Positions 41,121 through 52,491 of a stretch of DNA of 64,000 nt are shown in pieces. How positions within the stretch are numbered: the first letter of the stretch is position 1; each line of letters starts with the position of its first letter. The DNA is taken from the NCBI GenBank assembly GCA_963777965.1, contig CAVZSS010000009.1:29379-93378 (forward strand), in the 5' to 3' direction. The DNA comes from an uncultured Chloroflexia bacterium. Lineage in GTDB: Bacteria > Chloroflexota > Anaerolineae > Anaerolineales > UBA4823. Made by a program: the position numbers and the translations under genes. The notes under the pieces were generated by a model that was given only the letters and a program-made list of their open reading frames with translations, did not search any database and had not been told where the DNA came from.

Positions 41121-43078
41121 TTAAGAACAGCCGTTGCCATAATCCAGCCCCTCCAGGTTCCATAACGGACTGTCTATGGCCGATTCGGATGAATAGTTAC
41201 ACAAGTCAGGCCGGGCAACCGACACATTAAAATGAAGGTACAAGGGCAGGGCGGGTAACTCATCTGAAAAAATGTCCTGCGCCCGGAAATGTTCTGAGGC
41301 ATGTTGAGGGGCATCAGATAATGAGAAAAGCGCATTTTCACAAGCCTGATCATATTCCGGATTGGTGTATCCACTGGCGTTTACGCCGCCCCAACCTTTG
41401 GTAAATTCCGGATAGGGACCTGGAATTTCATCACTAAGGTACAGATAACACGCTGGCTCAAATGCCGTCGCCCAGGCGAACTGCGCTAGGTCAAAGGAAC
41501 GCCCAAAAATAGGACCCTCCGGCCCGGGAGCCAGGTACTCTTCCGGCGGCTGGGCGATGACCTTGGTGCGAATGCCACATCCTTGCAGCATCTTCTGGAT
41601 CATCAACGCATCTGACCCAGATTTAGCCTCATTGGAAACCAGATACTCAACCTCAAAGGGGGTGCCATCCGGCACTCCGCTCACACCTTGTGCAACCCGA
41701 GCTGTTGCAGGGTCGTTATCCAGGTCAAGCCAGCCAACTGATTCGAGCAAGGCAGCGGCTCCCTGGAGGTCAAAATCATAACCCTGGACCTGCGGGTTAT
41801 ATAGAGGATGAGAGGCAGGTATATACACATCCGTGAGCAGCTGCTCACTCGATGGCGTATCAGCAATCAATGCTTCCCGGTCAATGCACATGGCCACTGC
41901 TTGTCGTACTTCCTTCAGGGTAAAGAATCCCACCCGCTGGCTGTCGATCGGATTGATCCCAAAGGTGACCTGCTCCCAGCCAGCATCGTTCTGATAGAAA
42001 GCTTGAATTTGACCGTCCTGCTGCAGCTCCAGCAAACGGGGAGATATTGAACTCGAGCATCGCAGTCTGGTCAACAAAATCGCATTCACCCGCCTGAAGA
42101 GCATCCAAGCCCTTCATCAGAACTGCCCACAAACCGGAAAACTAAATGATCAAAGTAAGGCAAGTTCTCTCCTGCGCGAAAATAAAGCGGATTTTTATGC
42201 AGCGAAATATGGTCACCTGCTATCCATTCGTCTATAATGTACGCTCCCCAGCCGAGAGGCTTCCGAGTTGAAGCTTCAGCTGTGCGTATCTCTTCGATTG
42301 AATAGGTATGCCAGGCATGCTGAGGCAGCGGTGTGAAAAACTTGGTATGGTAAATACCATCCTGGTAGCCAGGTAAGCCAACCCATTCCACAGAATAATC
42401 GTCCAATGCCCGATAAGAATGCGTCCGGGAAATAAGCGCAGGTTGAGCTGCTGGATACAAACTGCGAGCAAGCTCATAGGAGTAGACCGAGTCTGATGAT
42501 GTTAAAGGAGTGCCATCTGACCATTGGATACCCGGCATTAACGTAAATCTTAAAACTAGTTGATCCATTGTAACAGGTTGATCATCGGAATAACTTTGTG
42601 TACAGTTGCTCTCGGTGCAGCCGCTTGGGCGAAATTCTACACCAACCTCCAGTGTGACCGGGTTTCCCGAGCTGTCAACGATTAAGTCCCCAGCTTCGAC
42701 CTGAACCGGTTGTAACAGGGCGTCCCCATCCTTCAAAGACGGCAATTTCTGTAAGATTACCGGATGAGCGGTGTAATCGCGGATATCCACCGGTCCATCA
42801 TAGATGGCTGCTAGGACATCCCTTGCCGCTGTCGAGGCAGCATCATAATAAAATAATGAAGCTGGCTCACGCCCAAGGCATATGGTGAGTAAACGCTCGG
42901 GGGCTGGCAACAGAGTTGCAGTTGGTGTAAGCTCAGACGCATCTTTTGTTGGCTGCCCCGTGGGAGATACCAATGGAATTGGTAGAGTAACAGCGGGAGA
43001 AGGTGGTTTTTGGTTGCAAGCCACCAACCCCATCAACAGGATCACTACCAGTAAATTGTTAAGGTGCAATACGATCAA
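41121..43078 (-). pseudogene. family-5 substrate-binding lipoprotein, two frame breaks
   Basis: Lipobox LMGLVAC. ORFs 42086-43078, 41881-42132 (…GLDALQAGECDFVDQTAMLEFNI) and 41121-42104 (SPRLLELQQDG…) are colinear. Breaks lie at about 42100-42135 and at the G4 run 42038-42041. Confidence 0.75.
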
Positions 43079-43111
43079 GCACGAGCTCGAATACCCGCAT
43101 TAAGTGATTGT

Positions 43112-43333
43112 TCAAAAAACCAGGTCAACATGTATCGGTGACCATTCATTGGTGCTATGGATTGGATAGTCATTGAACTGAGTCCTGGGGATGATGATAG
43201 AAAAGTTGTACTTCCTTCGGGGTGCATTTGCTGCCCGCCCTAGCAGCTCCGAGCGGCTATTGGCAGGAGGCTGGTATTGGGCAACCCAATTTTTTAGAAT
43301 TCTACCAAGCATGCGGTCAGAATAAGTGCTCAT
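43112..43333 (-). CDS. hypothetical protein downstream of the ECF sigma factor (possible anti-sigma fragment)
   Basis: 73-aa ORF 10 nt after the sigma gene. No recognisable motif. Confidence 0.3.
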   Translation of the reverse strand: MSTYSDRMLGRILKNWVAQYQPPANSRSELLGRAANAPRRKYNFSIIIPRTQFNDYPIHSTNEWSPIHVDLVF

Positions 43334-43343
43334 CCTTTTTAAC

Positions 43344-43961
43344 CTAAGTAAACTCGTAGTTCAAATCTGGGAAAGTCTTATTTTGTAACAGATCCAGAGA
43401 TTTCCTCAATGCCTGACGGCTGTAATGTAAACGAGACTTCACGGTACCCACTGGTATGTCTAAAATTTCCGCGATCTCCTGTATTGAGAGGTCATTAATA
43501 TAATAAAGAACAACTACTCCCCGATGGGATAGAGGCAGAGATGATAGCGCCTGTAGAACCTGGCGCCAAGACTTATTGATCTCCGATCGTACGGCGGGTA
43601 TGTCTCTTCGGCTGCCTGAGATCCAGTCTGCCACATCCTCCAAAGGACGTAGAAGGCGATTGTGCCGTTTAACCCAGGTATACGAAAGGTTCGTGGTCAT
43701 GCGATATAACCAGGGCTCCAACGGGCGTTTGGAATCAATATGACTCGCGAATCGATGCAGGCGTAAAAACACCTCTTGCAATAAGTCATCTGCGGCTTCA
43801 GCATCTCCGGTAATTGCCAGAGCAGTGCGGAAAACCAATCCCCGGTGGCGGTCGTATAAGACGCCCAGTGCTTCGAGGTTGCCTGCTTGTAATCTAAGGA
43901 CCAATTCAGAATCCAAAATTGCGTCCTTCTCCTCTGCGGCAATAGACATATAAACTCCCAT
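43344..43961 (-). CDS. RNA polymerase ECF-type sigma-70 family factor
   Basis: Region 2 (DLLQEVFLRLHR…EPWLYRMTTN) and region 4 (LSIQEIAEILDIPVGTVKSRLHYSRQAL). Confidence 0.85.
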   Translation of the reverse strand: MGVYMSIAAEEKDAILDSELVLRLQAGNLEALGVLYDRHRGLVFRTALAITGDAEAADDLLQEVFLRLHRFASHIDSKRPLEPWLYRMTTNLSYTWVKRHNRLLRPLEDVADWISGSRRDIPAVRSEINKSWRQVLQALSSLPLSHRGVVVLYYINDLSIQEIAEILDIPVGTVKSRLHYSRQALRKSLDLLQNKTFPDLNYEFT

Positions 43962-44148
43962 TATTAAAATACTCCAGCGGTCACGAAATGGTTCAAATTC
44001 TGTACAACGCTAAGACGAAAACCTCACAGGTGGCAGCCAAACCTGTGGGTAATTAAGATCCTTTCAGGAATTCTTTATCTGTAGCATCACAACCAATTAG
44101 ATTATACATCTTTCTGTAAAATTATTACAAACTGTAAATTCCAGATCC

Positions 44149-45063
44149 TTATGGCATTAAAAGCGATTCTTCCTGACCCAGGCGCATCCTCACATAAGAC
44201 GCGTAGCGTTCAGGATGCACAGCCCCATTTGCCAGGGCTGCCTGCACGGCACACCCAGGCTCATGCACATGCGAACAATCGCTGAACTGGCAACCCGCCA
44301 CCAATTCACGCAGCTCAGGAAAATAACCATCCAATTCTTCTGGACGAATATCCCACAGCGCCAGAGCTTTCATCCCTGGAGTATCTGCTACGTATCCCCC
44401 ACCCTGCAGAGGAAATAATTGGCGAACAACTGTAGTATGCTTACCTTTTTCGGTTGCCTGGCTGACGGATCGAATAACCAGACCAAGCCCTGGTTGAAGA
44501 GCATTAAGCAAGCTGGACTTGCCCACCCCCGATGGACCGGCAAATACCGATATCTTCCCCATTAATTTCTCGGCTAATTCAGGAATCCCCAGCCTACTCT
44601 TAGCGGATGTATAAATAACCGGATAGCCCAGGTGATCATAACGGGAAAACAGCTCCTGTGCCTGGATTGCATCCACCAGATCCACTTTATTGGCTAGGAC
44701 CAGCACCGGGACACCCTGTTTTTCAGCCACCACCAGGAGGCGGTCCAACATGCCCAGGTGCGGTTCCGGTTTAGCACAGGCAAATATAAACACAGCCTGG
44801 TCAGGATTGGCAAGAATAATCTGCCGGTATTCTCCCTGCGGTGTGGGTGCCATTCGGCAAAGCAGATGCGTGCGAGCTTCAACCGCTTCGATCATCCCCT
44901 CTCCATCGGATTGTTGGGAAATTTCCACCCAATCCCCTACCGCAACAATATCTCCCAGTCGCTTACCTTGCTTCAACCGTCCACGCAGGTGGCAATTGAA
45001 ACTACCCACTTCAGTTTCAACAGTATAGAAACCAGATTGGGAGCGAATGATCAAACCACGCAA
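44149..45063 (-). CDS. rsgA: ribosome small subunit-dependent GTPase A
   Basis: OB domain, circularly permuted GTPase (LANKVDL…GPSGVGKSSLLN) and a C-terminal Zn motif CQFSDCSHVHEPGC. Confidence 0.9.
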   Translation of the reverse strand: MRGLIIRSQSGFYTVETEVGSFNCHLRGRLKQGKRLGDIVAVGDWVEISQQSDGEGMIEAVEARTHLLCRMAPTPQGEYRQIILANPDQAVFIFACAKPEPHLGMLDRLLVVAEKQGVPVLVLANKVDLVDAIQAQELFSRYDHLGYPVIYTSAKSRLGIPELAEKLMGKISVFAGPSGVGKSSLLNALQPGLGLVIRSVSQATEKGKHTTVVRQLFPLQGGGYVADTPGMKALALWDIRPEELDGYFPELRELVAGCQFSDCSHVHEPGCAVQAALANGAVHPERYASYVRMRLGQEESLLMP

Positions 45064-45079
45064 ATATTTTTTCCAGTCT

Positions 45080-47365
45080 TTACGGGGTTGGGGTATCGGT
45101 CACTTCGGGGGTAGCTGTGTCCGTCACCTCAGGTGTTGGGGTGGCTACCACACCGATTTGAGCTTCCCAGGGATAACGCATTTGTGGGCTGCCCAAGAAA
45201 TAGATCTCAAGAACGCGCCGGAAGATTGGGGCTGCCACGACTGACCCCTCGCCCCCATTTTCAACCAGGACTACCACAGCGATATCGGGGCGATCTTCCC
45301 GCCCTGCATTGGTATATCCTGCAAACCAGGCATGTGGGTCAGTATAACCTGATTCTGCCGTACCTGTTTTTCCTGCCACCGGGATACCCGTGCTGCTGAC
45401 AAAGCTGTTCAGCCCATAGGCACTGGTGCGATAAGCCGTGCCGCGTGGGTCCATCACCACATTGGTCATGGCTTCCTGGATAATGGATAGGTTTTCTTGT
45501 GATATTGGTAAAGTCCCACGCACGGTCGGGGTAAATTCATAGGTTGGGTTCCCATCCACTGGCACAATTTGCTCGATGATTTGGGGCGTATAAAGGGTTC
45601 CGCCATTGCCCACCGCGGCAATGAAATCTGCCACCTGTAGAGGGGTAATCAACGTGCTGCCTTGTGCAATTGCCAGGTTAAAAGCATCTACTTGGCTGGT
45701 CGGTTCGGGTATCTGTCCTGGGATATCGCCGATCTCAATACCGGTTGAGCTGCCCAGCCCAAAACCGCGCGCCATATCCGAAATGGCAGTAAACATGCCG
45801 CGGTTATAAAAATCCACTCCAATATGCATGAACCAGGGATTGCAAGAGCGCATCAAGCCATCCATTAAATTCAACCTACCGCTAGGCTGGGTCTTGCCAT
45901 CTTCCAGGTAATGATCATAAGTCCAATCATGTGGCTCAATACCCGGAACCTCGGTGAAAAAGTAACCGCAGTCGTATTCACTATCCTTGGTGAATAACCC
46001 ACTCTGTAATGCAGCTGCCATGGTAATGATCTTGAATACCGAGCCGAGCGGATATTGGCCTTGGGTGGATCGGTTGAGCAGAGGCGCCGTGGGAGCGTAC
46101 AAATCATTGATCAAATAGGAATAATTGTAATTAGCCGGCTCAAAAAGATTGGGGTTAAAATCCGGCGAAGAAAGCATCGCCAGCACTTTTCCGGTATCCC
46201 GCTCCAACACAACTACGGCACCCTGCATACCATCGCTGAGGGCATTGCTACGCTGCAGGCCTTGCTGCAAGTCATAATCAATGGTGGTATAGACTGCCTC
46301 TGCAGGTTGTGGTTCTTTGGTGGCTAGTTGGGTAATGATGTTCTTATTGGGATCGACCACATATAACGCCCCGCCACGCTCTCCGGCAAGGGCATCCTCA
46401 GCGTAGTATTCCAACCCATCCCGCCCGACCCGCTCATCGATCCGATAACCCAGGCGCTTGTAATAATCTACTTCATCCGGTTGGATCAGGCTCATGTAAC
46501 CCAGCGCATGGGCGGCAATCCCATCATCGAAATAATAACGTGTGCGGAATGGTTGCAAGATTACCCCGGAGTAGCCCGCCAGAACCGACTCGCGTGGGGC
46601 CAGGGCATCCACGGAGATGTCTGCAACAGGCAGGTAATATCCAAACGGGCGCCAGGCTTCAATCATTCCCGACAATTTCTCAGGTTGAACACCGGTTAAC
46701 CGGTAAATTTCACCAAGCAGTGCATCTTCCTGTTCGGGATCGACTGCCGCGGTATCCAGGCCAATTGCGACCGCATCTGCCTGGGCAACCAGTGCTCGAC
46801 CATCGCTGGAGTAAATGTTACCCCGCGAAGGGATGCGGTAATCCATCAGCAGATTATTCCCGCCAAGCAGCTCTGGCAGGATCAGCGAATCATCCCACTG
46901 AATCCGCCACTCCCCGTTTTCCAGGCTCAAGTTCATTACCGTATCCCGTTGAATGTCACCGACCAGGACGCTATTTAAGAGTACTCGATACCCGACCTGA
47001 CCGCTTTCAGGATTTTTCAAGGATGAGAGGACTTCATAATCCCAGCTGCTCAGAGCAGCCTCATTTGTGACATTCTGATAACGGGCTGTAAAATCAGCCT
47101 CGCTGATGGCATCCTGGCTGACCTTGGTCAACAAGGCGTACATCTCTGGATATTCTTCTGCCTTCCAATGGTCCAGGTAGGTTTTTGCTATTAGCTCAGG
47201 ATCTGGAACAGCGGTTGTTTCCACTTCCGGTCCAGGTAAAGTGGAGGTTGGTAATACGGCAACTGTTGACGTAGGCGTTTGGGAAATTGATGAATTGCAA
47301 CCAATCAGGATGGCTGACAATACGATTAGAAACAAAAAACGGGTTTTCATGGCTTTAATAATCAC
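45080..47365 (-). CDS. penicillin-binding protein 2-type peptidoglycan D,D-transpeptidase with an N-terminal NTF2-like domain
   Basis: SxxK (GSVFK), SxN (RSCN) and KTG (GKTGTAE) motifs. Lipoprotein-like signal LSAILIGC, alternative start at 47350. C-terminal TPEVTDT repeats. Confidence 0.9.
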   Translation of the reverse strand: MIIKAMKTRFLFLIVLSAILIGCNSSISQTPTSTVAVLPTSTLPGPEVETTAVPDPELIAKTYLDHWKAEEYPEMYALLTKVSQDAISEADFTARYQNVTNEAALSSWDYEVLSSLKNPESGQVGYRVLLNSVLVGDIQRDTVMNLSLENGEWRIQWDDSLILPELLGGNNLLMDYRIPSRGNIYSSDGRALVAQADAVAIGLDTAAVDPEQEDALLGEIYRLTGVQPEKLSGMIEAWRPFGYYLPVADISVDALAPRESVLAGYSGVILQPFRTRYYFDDGIAAHALGYMSLIQPDEVDYYKRLGYRIDERVGRDGLEYYAEDALAGERGGALYVVDPNKNIITQLATKEPQPAEAVYTTIDYDLQQGLQRSNALSDGMQGAVVVLERDTGKVLAMLSSPDFNPNLFEPANYNYSYLINDLYAPTAPLLNRSTQGQYPLGSVFKIITMAAALQSGLFTKDSEYDCGYFFTEVPGIEPHDWTYDHYLEDGKTQPSGRLNLMDGLMRSCNPWFMHIGVDFYNRGMFTAISDMARGFGLGSSTGIEIGDIPGQIPEPTSQVDAFNLAIAQGSTLITPLQVADFIAAVGNGGTLYTPQIIEQIVPVDGNPTYEFTPTVRGTLPISQENLSIIQEAMTNVVMDPRGTAYRTSAYGLNSFVSSTGIPVAGKTGTAESGYTDPHAWFAGYTNAGREDRPDIAVVVLVENGGEGSVVAAPIFRRVLEIYFLGSPQMRYPWEAQIGVVATPTPEVTDTATPEVTDTPTP

Positions 47366-47410
47366 TGGTTATCAAGGAGCAAAGATTATACTACCTCCCG
47401 TATACCTAAC

Positions 47411-48091
47411 CTATATGTTTTCTATTAAAATCTGATGATAGACTGGACAGTCATAGCCAGTCGCTGCCTGGCAAGCCCTTGGGATATCCATTTGCGGGGC
47501 AACTCCGAAGTGTGCCAGGCTGCGGGTCAGGTGGCATAATGGCAAACCCATCACATTGGCAAAGCAGCCACCCAGCTTCTCAACCGGATGAAACTCGTCA
47601 TGTTGAATCGCGTATGCACCGGCTTTATCCATCGGATCACCACTGGCGACATATTCCTTTATCTCTCCATCGCTGTAGTTGCGCATCGTCACATACGTAG
47701 AACACAAATCGGAACGGGTGGCTCCATTCTGGCTATTTAAAATAAAGATCGCCGTGTGGACCTGGTGTGTGCCACCTCGTAAGCCGCGCAACATTTCCAA
47801 TGCCTCACCAGGATTACAGGGTTTACCTAAAATCACGGGGGATTCGCCACCCTGAGGATTAATAACGGTCGTGTCTGCACCAATGAATACACCTTCAACG
47901 CCTGCCTGGCTGGCGGCGGTGGTCGCCTTATAAGTTGCCAAACGCTGAACATATTCCATGCCATCTTCACCTGCCAGGGGAGTTTCATCCACCTGCGAGG
48001 ATAGAATGTCATATTCCCAACCTCCAAGAGCTAGCAACTCTTTCCGTCGAGGGGAGTTCGAGGCCAAAAAGAGCCGTATGTCTTTATTCAT
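47411..48091 (-). CDS. maf: Maf-like nucleoside triphosphate pyrophosphatase
   Basis: LASNSPRRKELL, GADTTV and AGAYAIQ motifs. Start taken at M11 of ORF 47411-48121. Confidence 0.85.
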   Translation of the reverse strand: MNKDIRLFLASNSPRRKELLALGGWEYDILSSQVDETPLAGEDGMEYVQRLATYKATTAASQAGVEGVFIGADTTVINPQGGESPVILGKPCNPGEALEMLRGLRGGTHQVHTAIFILNSQNGATRSDLCSTYVTMRNYSDGEIKEYVASGDPMDKAGAYAIQHDEFHPVEKLGGCFANVMGLPLCHLTRSLAHFGVAPQMDIPRACQAATGYDCPVYHQILIENI

Positions 48092-48200
48092 TCCATGAGC
48101 CTTATCCGGCGATTCTAACATACTCTCACTCTGGTTCTTTCATAGAAGGAGTTGTAAAATGAGGTGCGATTAATTAGTCAGTGTAAACAGGAGATACTCG

Positions 48201-48776
48201 ATGCGTGAATTACAAGAAAGAATTAAGCTTGAAGGTAAAAACCTCGGCAATGGAATCCTCAAAGTTGATGGGTTTATTAACCACCAGGTTGATCCAGTTT
48301 TAATGGACGCATGCGGAAAAGAACTTGCGTATCGCTTCAAAGACATTGGAGCAACCAAGATCCTGACCGCCGAGATTTCTGGCATTGCACCAGCGGTCAC
48401 CACTGCTTTTCATCTTCAGCTGCCCATCGTCTATGCCCGAAAACACAAGCCCATCACGATGCCCGACCAGGTATTCCTGACGCTCAGCCCATCTCACACG
48501 AAGGGGCGGATGGTTGAGCTGATCATCTCACCTGAGTATCTCGGGCATGGTGAACGAGTTCTCATCATTGATGACTTTCTGGCAACCGGCGCTACCATCC
48601 TGGGGTTAGTACGTTTAGCTGAAACCGCAGGCTCAACCGTGGTTGGGGTTGGTGCATTGATAGAAAAAACATTTGAAGGCGGACGGAATGCTTTATCTGT
48701 TTTAGGCATACCCATCGAAGCCCTGGTACAGATAACTTCGATGGAGAATAACCAGATCGAATTTGCCGCTGATTAA
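48201..48776 (+). CDS. xpt: xanthine phosphoribosyltransferase
   Basis: [26 protein letters not shown] and PRPP motif [13 protein letters not shown]. Confidence 0.9.
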   Translation: MRELQERIKLEGKNLGNGILKVDGFINHQVDPVLMDACGKELAYRFKDIGATKILTAEISGIAPAVTTAFHLQLPIVYARKHKPITMPDQVFLTLSPSHTKGRMVELIISPEYLGHGERVLIIDDFLATGATILGLVRLAETAGSTVVGVGALIEKTFEGGRNALSVLGIPIEALVQITSMENNQIEFAAD

Positions 48777-48781
48777 TAAAC

Positions 48782-50326
48782 ATGGACTCAATTGCTGTCA
48801 TTGACTTTGGCTCTCAATATTCACAGCTTATCACCCGCAGGGTGCGTGAAGCACATGTTTATTGTGAGTTGTTTCCCTGGAATGTGTCCCAAGAGAGGGT
48901 ATTAGCACTAAAACCTAAGGGCTTTATTCTATCTGGCGGTCCTGCGTCAATCTATGACCCAGACGCACCGACGATCCCCCCTTATGTTCTTGAAAGCCAA
49001 CTGCCTGTGTTGGGAATTTGTTATGGGATGCAGGCACTAGCGGGTGTATTAGGAGGGCATGTAGCAGCCTCAATAAATCGCGAGTATGGCCCTGCTGAGA
49101 TAGATGTGATCCGTCCTAACCCGTTGCTGCCTGAGGGCAAGAGATTGGTATGGATGTCGCATGGTGATCGCATCGAAAAATCTCCAGATGGTTTTGTCAC
49201 CCTGGCACACTCACCCAACTCACCATTGGCAGCCATTGGTGATTTTGAGAAACGCTATTTTGGCATTCAATTCCATCCAGAAGTACGTCACACGCAGGGT
49301 GGTACTGAAATCTTGCGTAGATTTGCAATCGAGGTGTGTGGTGCCCGACCTGAATGGACACCCGCATCCATTATTACACAGATCATCCAACGCATACGTA
49401 ACCAGGTAGGCACGGGGCATGTCATATCTGCAGTCAGTGGAGGCGTTGATTCGAGTGTGGCGACAACACTGGTTCACCAGGCTGTTGGAGACCAGCTGGT
49501 AGCAGTATTTGTGAATAATGGTCTGCTCCGGCAGGGAGAAGCTCCACAGGTAGTAAGGGCTTTTCAAGATGCGATGGGCTCAGAATTAATTGCGGTGGAT
49601 GCTGTTGACGATTTTTTGAACGCCTTGAAGGGAATTAACGAGCCAGAACAAAAAAGGCGCATTATCGGAGAGAAATTCATTCGCATCTTTGAAGCTCAGG
49701 CGCGCCACCTTGGAATGCCCCACTTTTTAGTGCAAGGAACAATATACCCTGATGTAGTCGAGTCCAGCGCACCTGATCGAGCCCAGGCAGCCAGGATTAA
49801 AAGTCATCACAATGTTGGCGGACTGCCAGACAGCATGAACTTCGAGCTAGTTGAACCATTGCGATATCTATTCAAAGATGAGGTGCGCCATGTTGGTGAG
49901 GCGCTTGGCCTTCCGCGCGAGCTGGTGTGGAGACAGCCGTTTCCCGGGCCTGGGCTGGCTGTTCGCTGCCTGGGAGAGGTTACATCTGAGCGTCTGGAAA
50001 GACTGCGCCATGCAGATGCAATATTCACCAGCGAGCTGGCAACAGCTGGATTATTGAGTATGAATGAAGATGAAGGTACCGCACAAGCCTTTGCCGTGTT
50101 GCTGCCTGTCCGTTCCGTGGGGGTGATGGGGGATAACCGTACCTACCAGGAAACGATTGCCTTGCGCGCCGTTACCACCGACGATTTCATGACTGCAGAT
50201 TGGGCACGCTTACCCTATGAACTGCTGGCTCGAATTTCCAAACGGATTGTTAATGAAGTTAATGGTGTGAATCGCGTGGCATACGACATTACAAGCAAAC
50301 CACCCGCAACGATCGAATGGGAATGA
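48782..50326 (+). CDS. guaA: GMP synthase (glutamine-hydrolysing)
   Basis: GATase catalytic [10 protein letters not shown]-PPase SGGVDSSV, C-terminal …KPPATIEWE. Confidence 0.95.
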   Translation: MDSIAVIDFGSQYSQLITRRVREAHVYCELFPWNVSQERVLALKPKGFILSGGPASIYDPDAPTIPPYVLESQLPVLGICYGMQALAGVLGGHVAASINREYGPAEIDVIRPNPLLPEGKRLVWMSHGDRIEKSPDGFVTLAHSPNSPLAAIGDFEKRYFGIQFHPEVRHTQGGTEILRRFAIEVCGARPEWTPASIITQIIQRIRNQVGTGHVISAVSGGVDSSVATTLVHQAVGDQLVAVFVNNGLLRQGEAPQVVRAFQDAMGSELIAVDAVDDFLNALKGINEPEQKRRIIGEKFIRIFEAQARHLGMPHFLVQGTIYPDVVESSAPDRAQAARIKSHHNVGGLPDSMNFELVEPLRYLFKDEVRHVGEALGLPRELVWRQPFPGPGLAVRCLGEVTSERLERLRHADAIFTSELATAGLLSMNEDEGTAQAFAVLLPVRSVGVMGDNRTYQETIALRAVTTDDFMTADWARLPYELLARISKRIVNEVNGVNRVAYDITSKPPATIEWE

Positions 50327-50423
50327 GTATCGCGAGCTGTCTATCTTCTTGATCAAACCCACTATGAAACAAAATAGAAACTTTTACGTATAGAGTAGTA
50401 AAGCTGTTAAAAAGGAGATAACT

Positions 50424-51389
50424 ATGGATTACGGATATGTGCTTAAGCGGTCTTGGGAGATAATCTGGAAATTCAAGGTTTTATGGATATTTGGCATCCT
50501 GGCAAGCTGTGGACAAGCCACCGGTTCGAGTTGGAGTAACTCGGGGTATCATTTTTCAAACCAGGATAGCAACTTATTTCCACAAATTGAACGATTTTTT
50601 GCTCAGCCAGACCCTGCAATTATTGCTTTGATGATCGGCTTAGGGATAATCATTGTCCTTGCCATAATCGTTGTATTTATATTACTTGGAACGATTGGTC
50701 GGGTTGGATTGATCCGCGGCGCAATGAAAGCAGAGCAAGGTGCGGATCGCCTCACTTTTGGTGAGCTGTGGCGCGATGGATTGAAGTATTTCTGGAGAGT
50801 CTTTGGATTAAACCTTCTGGTTGGGGTGGCCATCTTTCTAGCTGTCCTGGCTCTATTCATCCCAGGGGTGATTCTGACTGGGCTTACTTTCGGTTTGTTG
50901 CTTTTATGTTGTATACCGCTTATGTGCCTGTTCATCCCTGCGATGTGGGCTGTAGCGGTGGTGATTGAGCAAGCTAATATTGCCTTGGTGGTAGAGAACC
51001 TGGGTATCATTGATGCTATCAAACATGGCTGGCAGGTGGTCAGGAACAACATTGGCAATATGATTTTGATGTCACTGATCCTGTTCTTGGGTGTTGGTCT
51101 GGTGGGTAGTATCGTTATAGGTTTACCGTTCATCATCATTTCTGCTCCAGCATTTATCGGTGCTTTTTCCGGAACCACGGATGCATTGCGCAATGGATTG
51201 ATGATTTCTGGGTTGCTCTTCTTGGTCTACCTGCCAGTATTGCTCCTGCTGAGTGGTATCTTGAGGTCATATACATCCTCCGCCTGGACACTTACTTATC
51301 TGCGTCTGACAGCCCAGCCCTCACAATCCATCATCGATGCTCCGACCATTCCAGATGATATGGACATGCCACCAGCACAAACGGTATAA
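50424..51389 (+). CDS. hypothetical polytopic membrane protein
   Basis: 321 aa with about 6 TM segments. GGAG RBS upstream. Confidence 0.55.
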   Translation: MDYGYVLKRSWEIIWKFKVLWIFGILASCGQATGSSWSNSGYHFSNQDSNLFPQIERFFAQPDPAIIALMIGLGIIIVLAIIVVFILLGTIGRVGLIRGAMKAEQGADRLTFGELWRDGLKYFWRVFGLNLLVGVAIFLAVLALFIPGVILTGLTFGLLLLCCIPLMCLFIPAMWAVAVVIEQANIALVVENLGIIDAIKHGWQVVRNNIGNMILMSLILFLGVGLVGSIVIGLPFIIISAPAFIGAFSGTTDALRNGLMISGLLFLVYLPVLLLLSGILRSYTSSAWTLTYLRLTAQPSQSIIDAPTIPDDMDMPPAQTV

Positions 51390-51423
51390 GCCTTGCCGAA
51401 TCAAAAAAACATGGATTTCGCCT

Positions 51424-51458
51424 ATAACGCAAGCGATCTGCTTGCGTTATCTTTTTTT
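51424..51458 (+). terminator. intrinsic terminator
   Basis: ATAACGCAAGC / GCTTGCGTTAT 11-bp stem with a 5-nt loop, then a T7 run. Confidence 0.75.
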
Positions 51459-51575
51459 ACAAAAGGTCTTAATCATTGGTTTAGATGTTTAATTTCAATC
51501 GGGTTATAATTAATCAACTGGATAGTATTGGGTTATTAATAGAGATATGCTCATTGCTTAGTAAAGGAGAAATAA

Positions 51576-51980
51576 ATGGCAAAGATCATTGACGTTGAAG
51601 GAATTGGACCCAAATATGCGGAAAAACTGATTAAGGCAGGCGTTAGCACTACCAGTGCATTGTTGGAAGCTGGTGCAACACCCAATGGCCGTAAAGAACT
51701 TGCTGCGAAGGCCGGCATTGGGGAGGCATTGATCCTGGAATGGGTCAACCATGTGGATTTATACCGTATTAAGGGCGTTGGGTCTGAATATTCCGATTTA
51801 CTGGAAGCTGCTGGTGTGGATACAATTCCTGAATTGGCACAGCGGAAAGCCGCACACCTGACCGAGAAGATGGCGGCCGTAAACCTGGAAAAGAAACTTG
51901 TTCGCAAGCTTCCGGTTGAAAAGCAGGTTGCAGACTGGATTGAGCAAGCAAAGAAGCTTCCAAGGGTAATCACCTATTAA
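51576..51980 (+). CDS. DUF4332 (helix-hairpin-helix) domain protein
   Basis: IDVEGIGPKYAEKLIKAGV and LYRIKGVGSEYSDLLEAAGV repeats. Confidence 0.7.
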   Translation: MAKIIDVEGIGPKYAEKLIKAGVSTTSALLEAGATPNGRKELAAKAGIGEALILEWVNHVDLYRIKGVGSEYSDLLEAAGVDTIPELAQRKAAHLTEKMAAVNLEKKLVRKLPVEKQVADWIEQAKKLPRVITY

Positions 51981-52041
51981 TCAGCTGTAGAAACCTTTTA
52001 TACCGGATTAAAAAAAAGATTCTCAAAATTCGGAGGGTATC

Positions 52042-52434
52042 ATGCCTTCTCTAAACCGTGTCCAATTGATTGGTCGCCTGGGTAAGGACCCCGAAGTACG
52101 CTCCACCTCCAAGGGCAAGAAGGTCTGTACATTCAGCATTGCTGTAAGCCGTCGTTGGAAGAGCAGTACTGGCGATGATAAAGAAGCTACCGACTGGTTC
52201 AATGTGGAAGCATGGGGTCGTCTGGGTGAAATCTGCAAGCAATATCTCCACAAAGGCCGGCTGGTTTTCCTTGAGGGTCAGGTGCGGACAGATCGCTACG
52301 ATCACGAAGGCGAGACGCGCTACTTCACCAAAGTAATTGCTTCTCAGATGCAAATGCTTGACCGTAAGGCCGAAGAATTACCAACGATTGAGGATGATGA
52401 GCCATCGGACGAAGAAGAATTTAGCACCGAATAA
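52042..52434 (+). CDS. ssb: single-stranded DNA-binding protein
   Basis: OB fold (LNRVQLIGRLGKDPEVR…DWFNVEAWGRLGE) and an acidic C-terminal tail. Confidence 0.9.
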   Translation: MPSLNRVQLIGRLGKDPEVRSTSKGKKVCTFSIAVSRRWKSSTGDDKEATDWFNVEAWGRLGEICKQYLHKGRLVFLEGQVRTDRYDHEGETRYFTKVIASQMQMLDRKAEELPTIEDDEPSDEEEFSTE

Positions 52435-52449
52435 AGAGCAATAAAAGGA

Positions 52450-52488
52450 CAGGGATTCGGATCATCAGTAACATGCTCCAAATCCCTG
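52450..52488. terminator. possible bidirectional terminator between convergent ssb and pepF
   Basis: CAGGGATTCGGA / TCCAAATCCCTG 12-bp stem (one mismatch) with a 15-nt loop. T-rich on both sides. Confidence 0.4.
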
Positions 52489-52491
52489 GGT

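Noticed and set aside
11698-43078. Programmed ribosomal frameshifting as the explanation for the multi-frame genes.
   Set aside because: The breaks occur in many unrelated gene families, often several per gene, and without shared slippery heptamers or stimulatory structures. Mutation or consensus error is far more likely.
48122-48200. A purine riboswitch upstream of xpt-guaA.
   Set aside because: The divergent maf-xpt intergenic region is only about 80 nt and lacks the conserved purine-aptamer loops.
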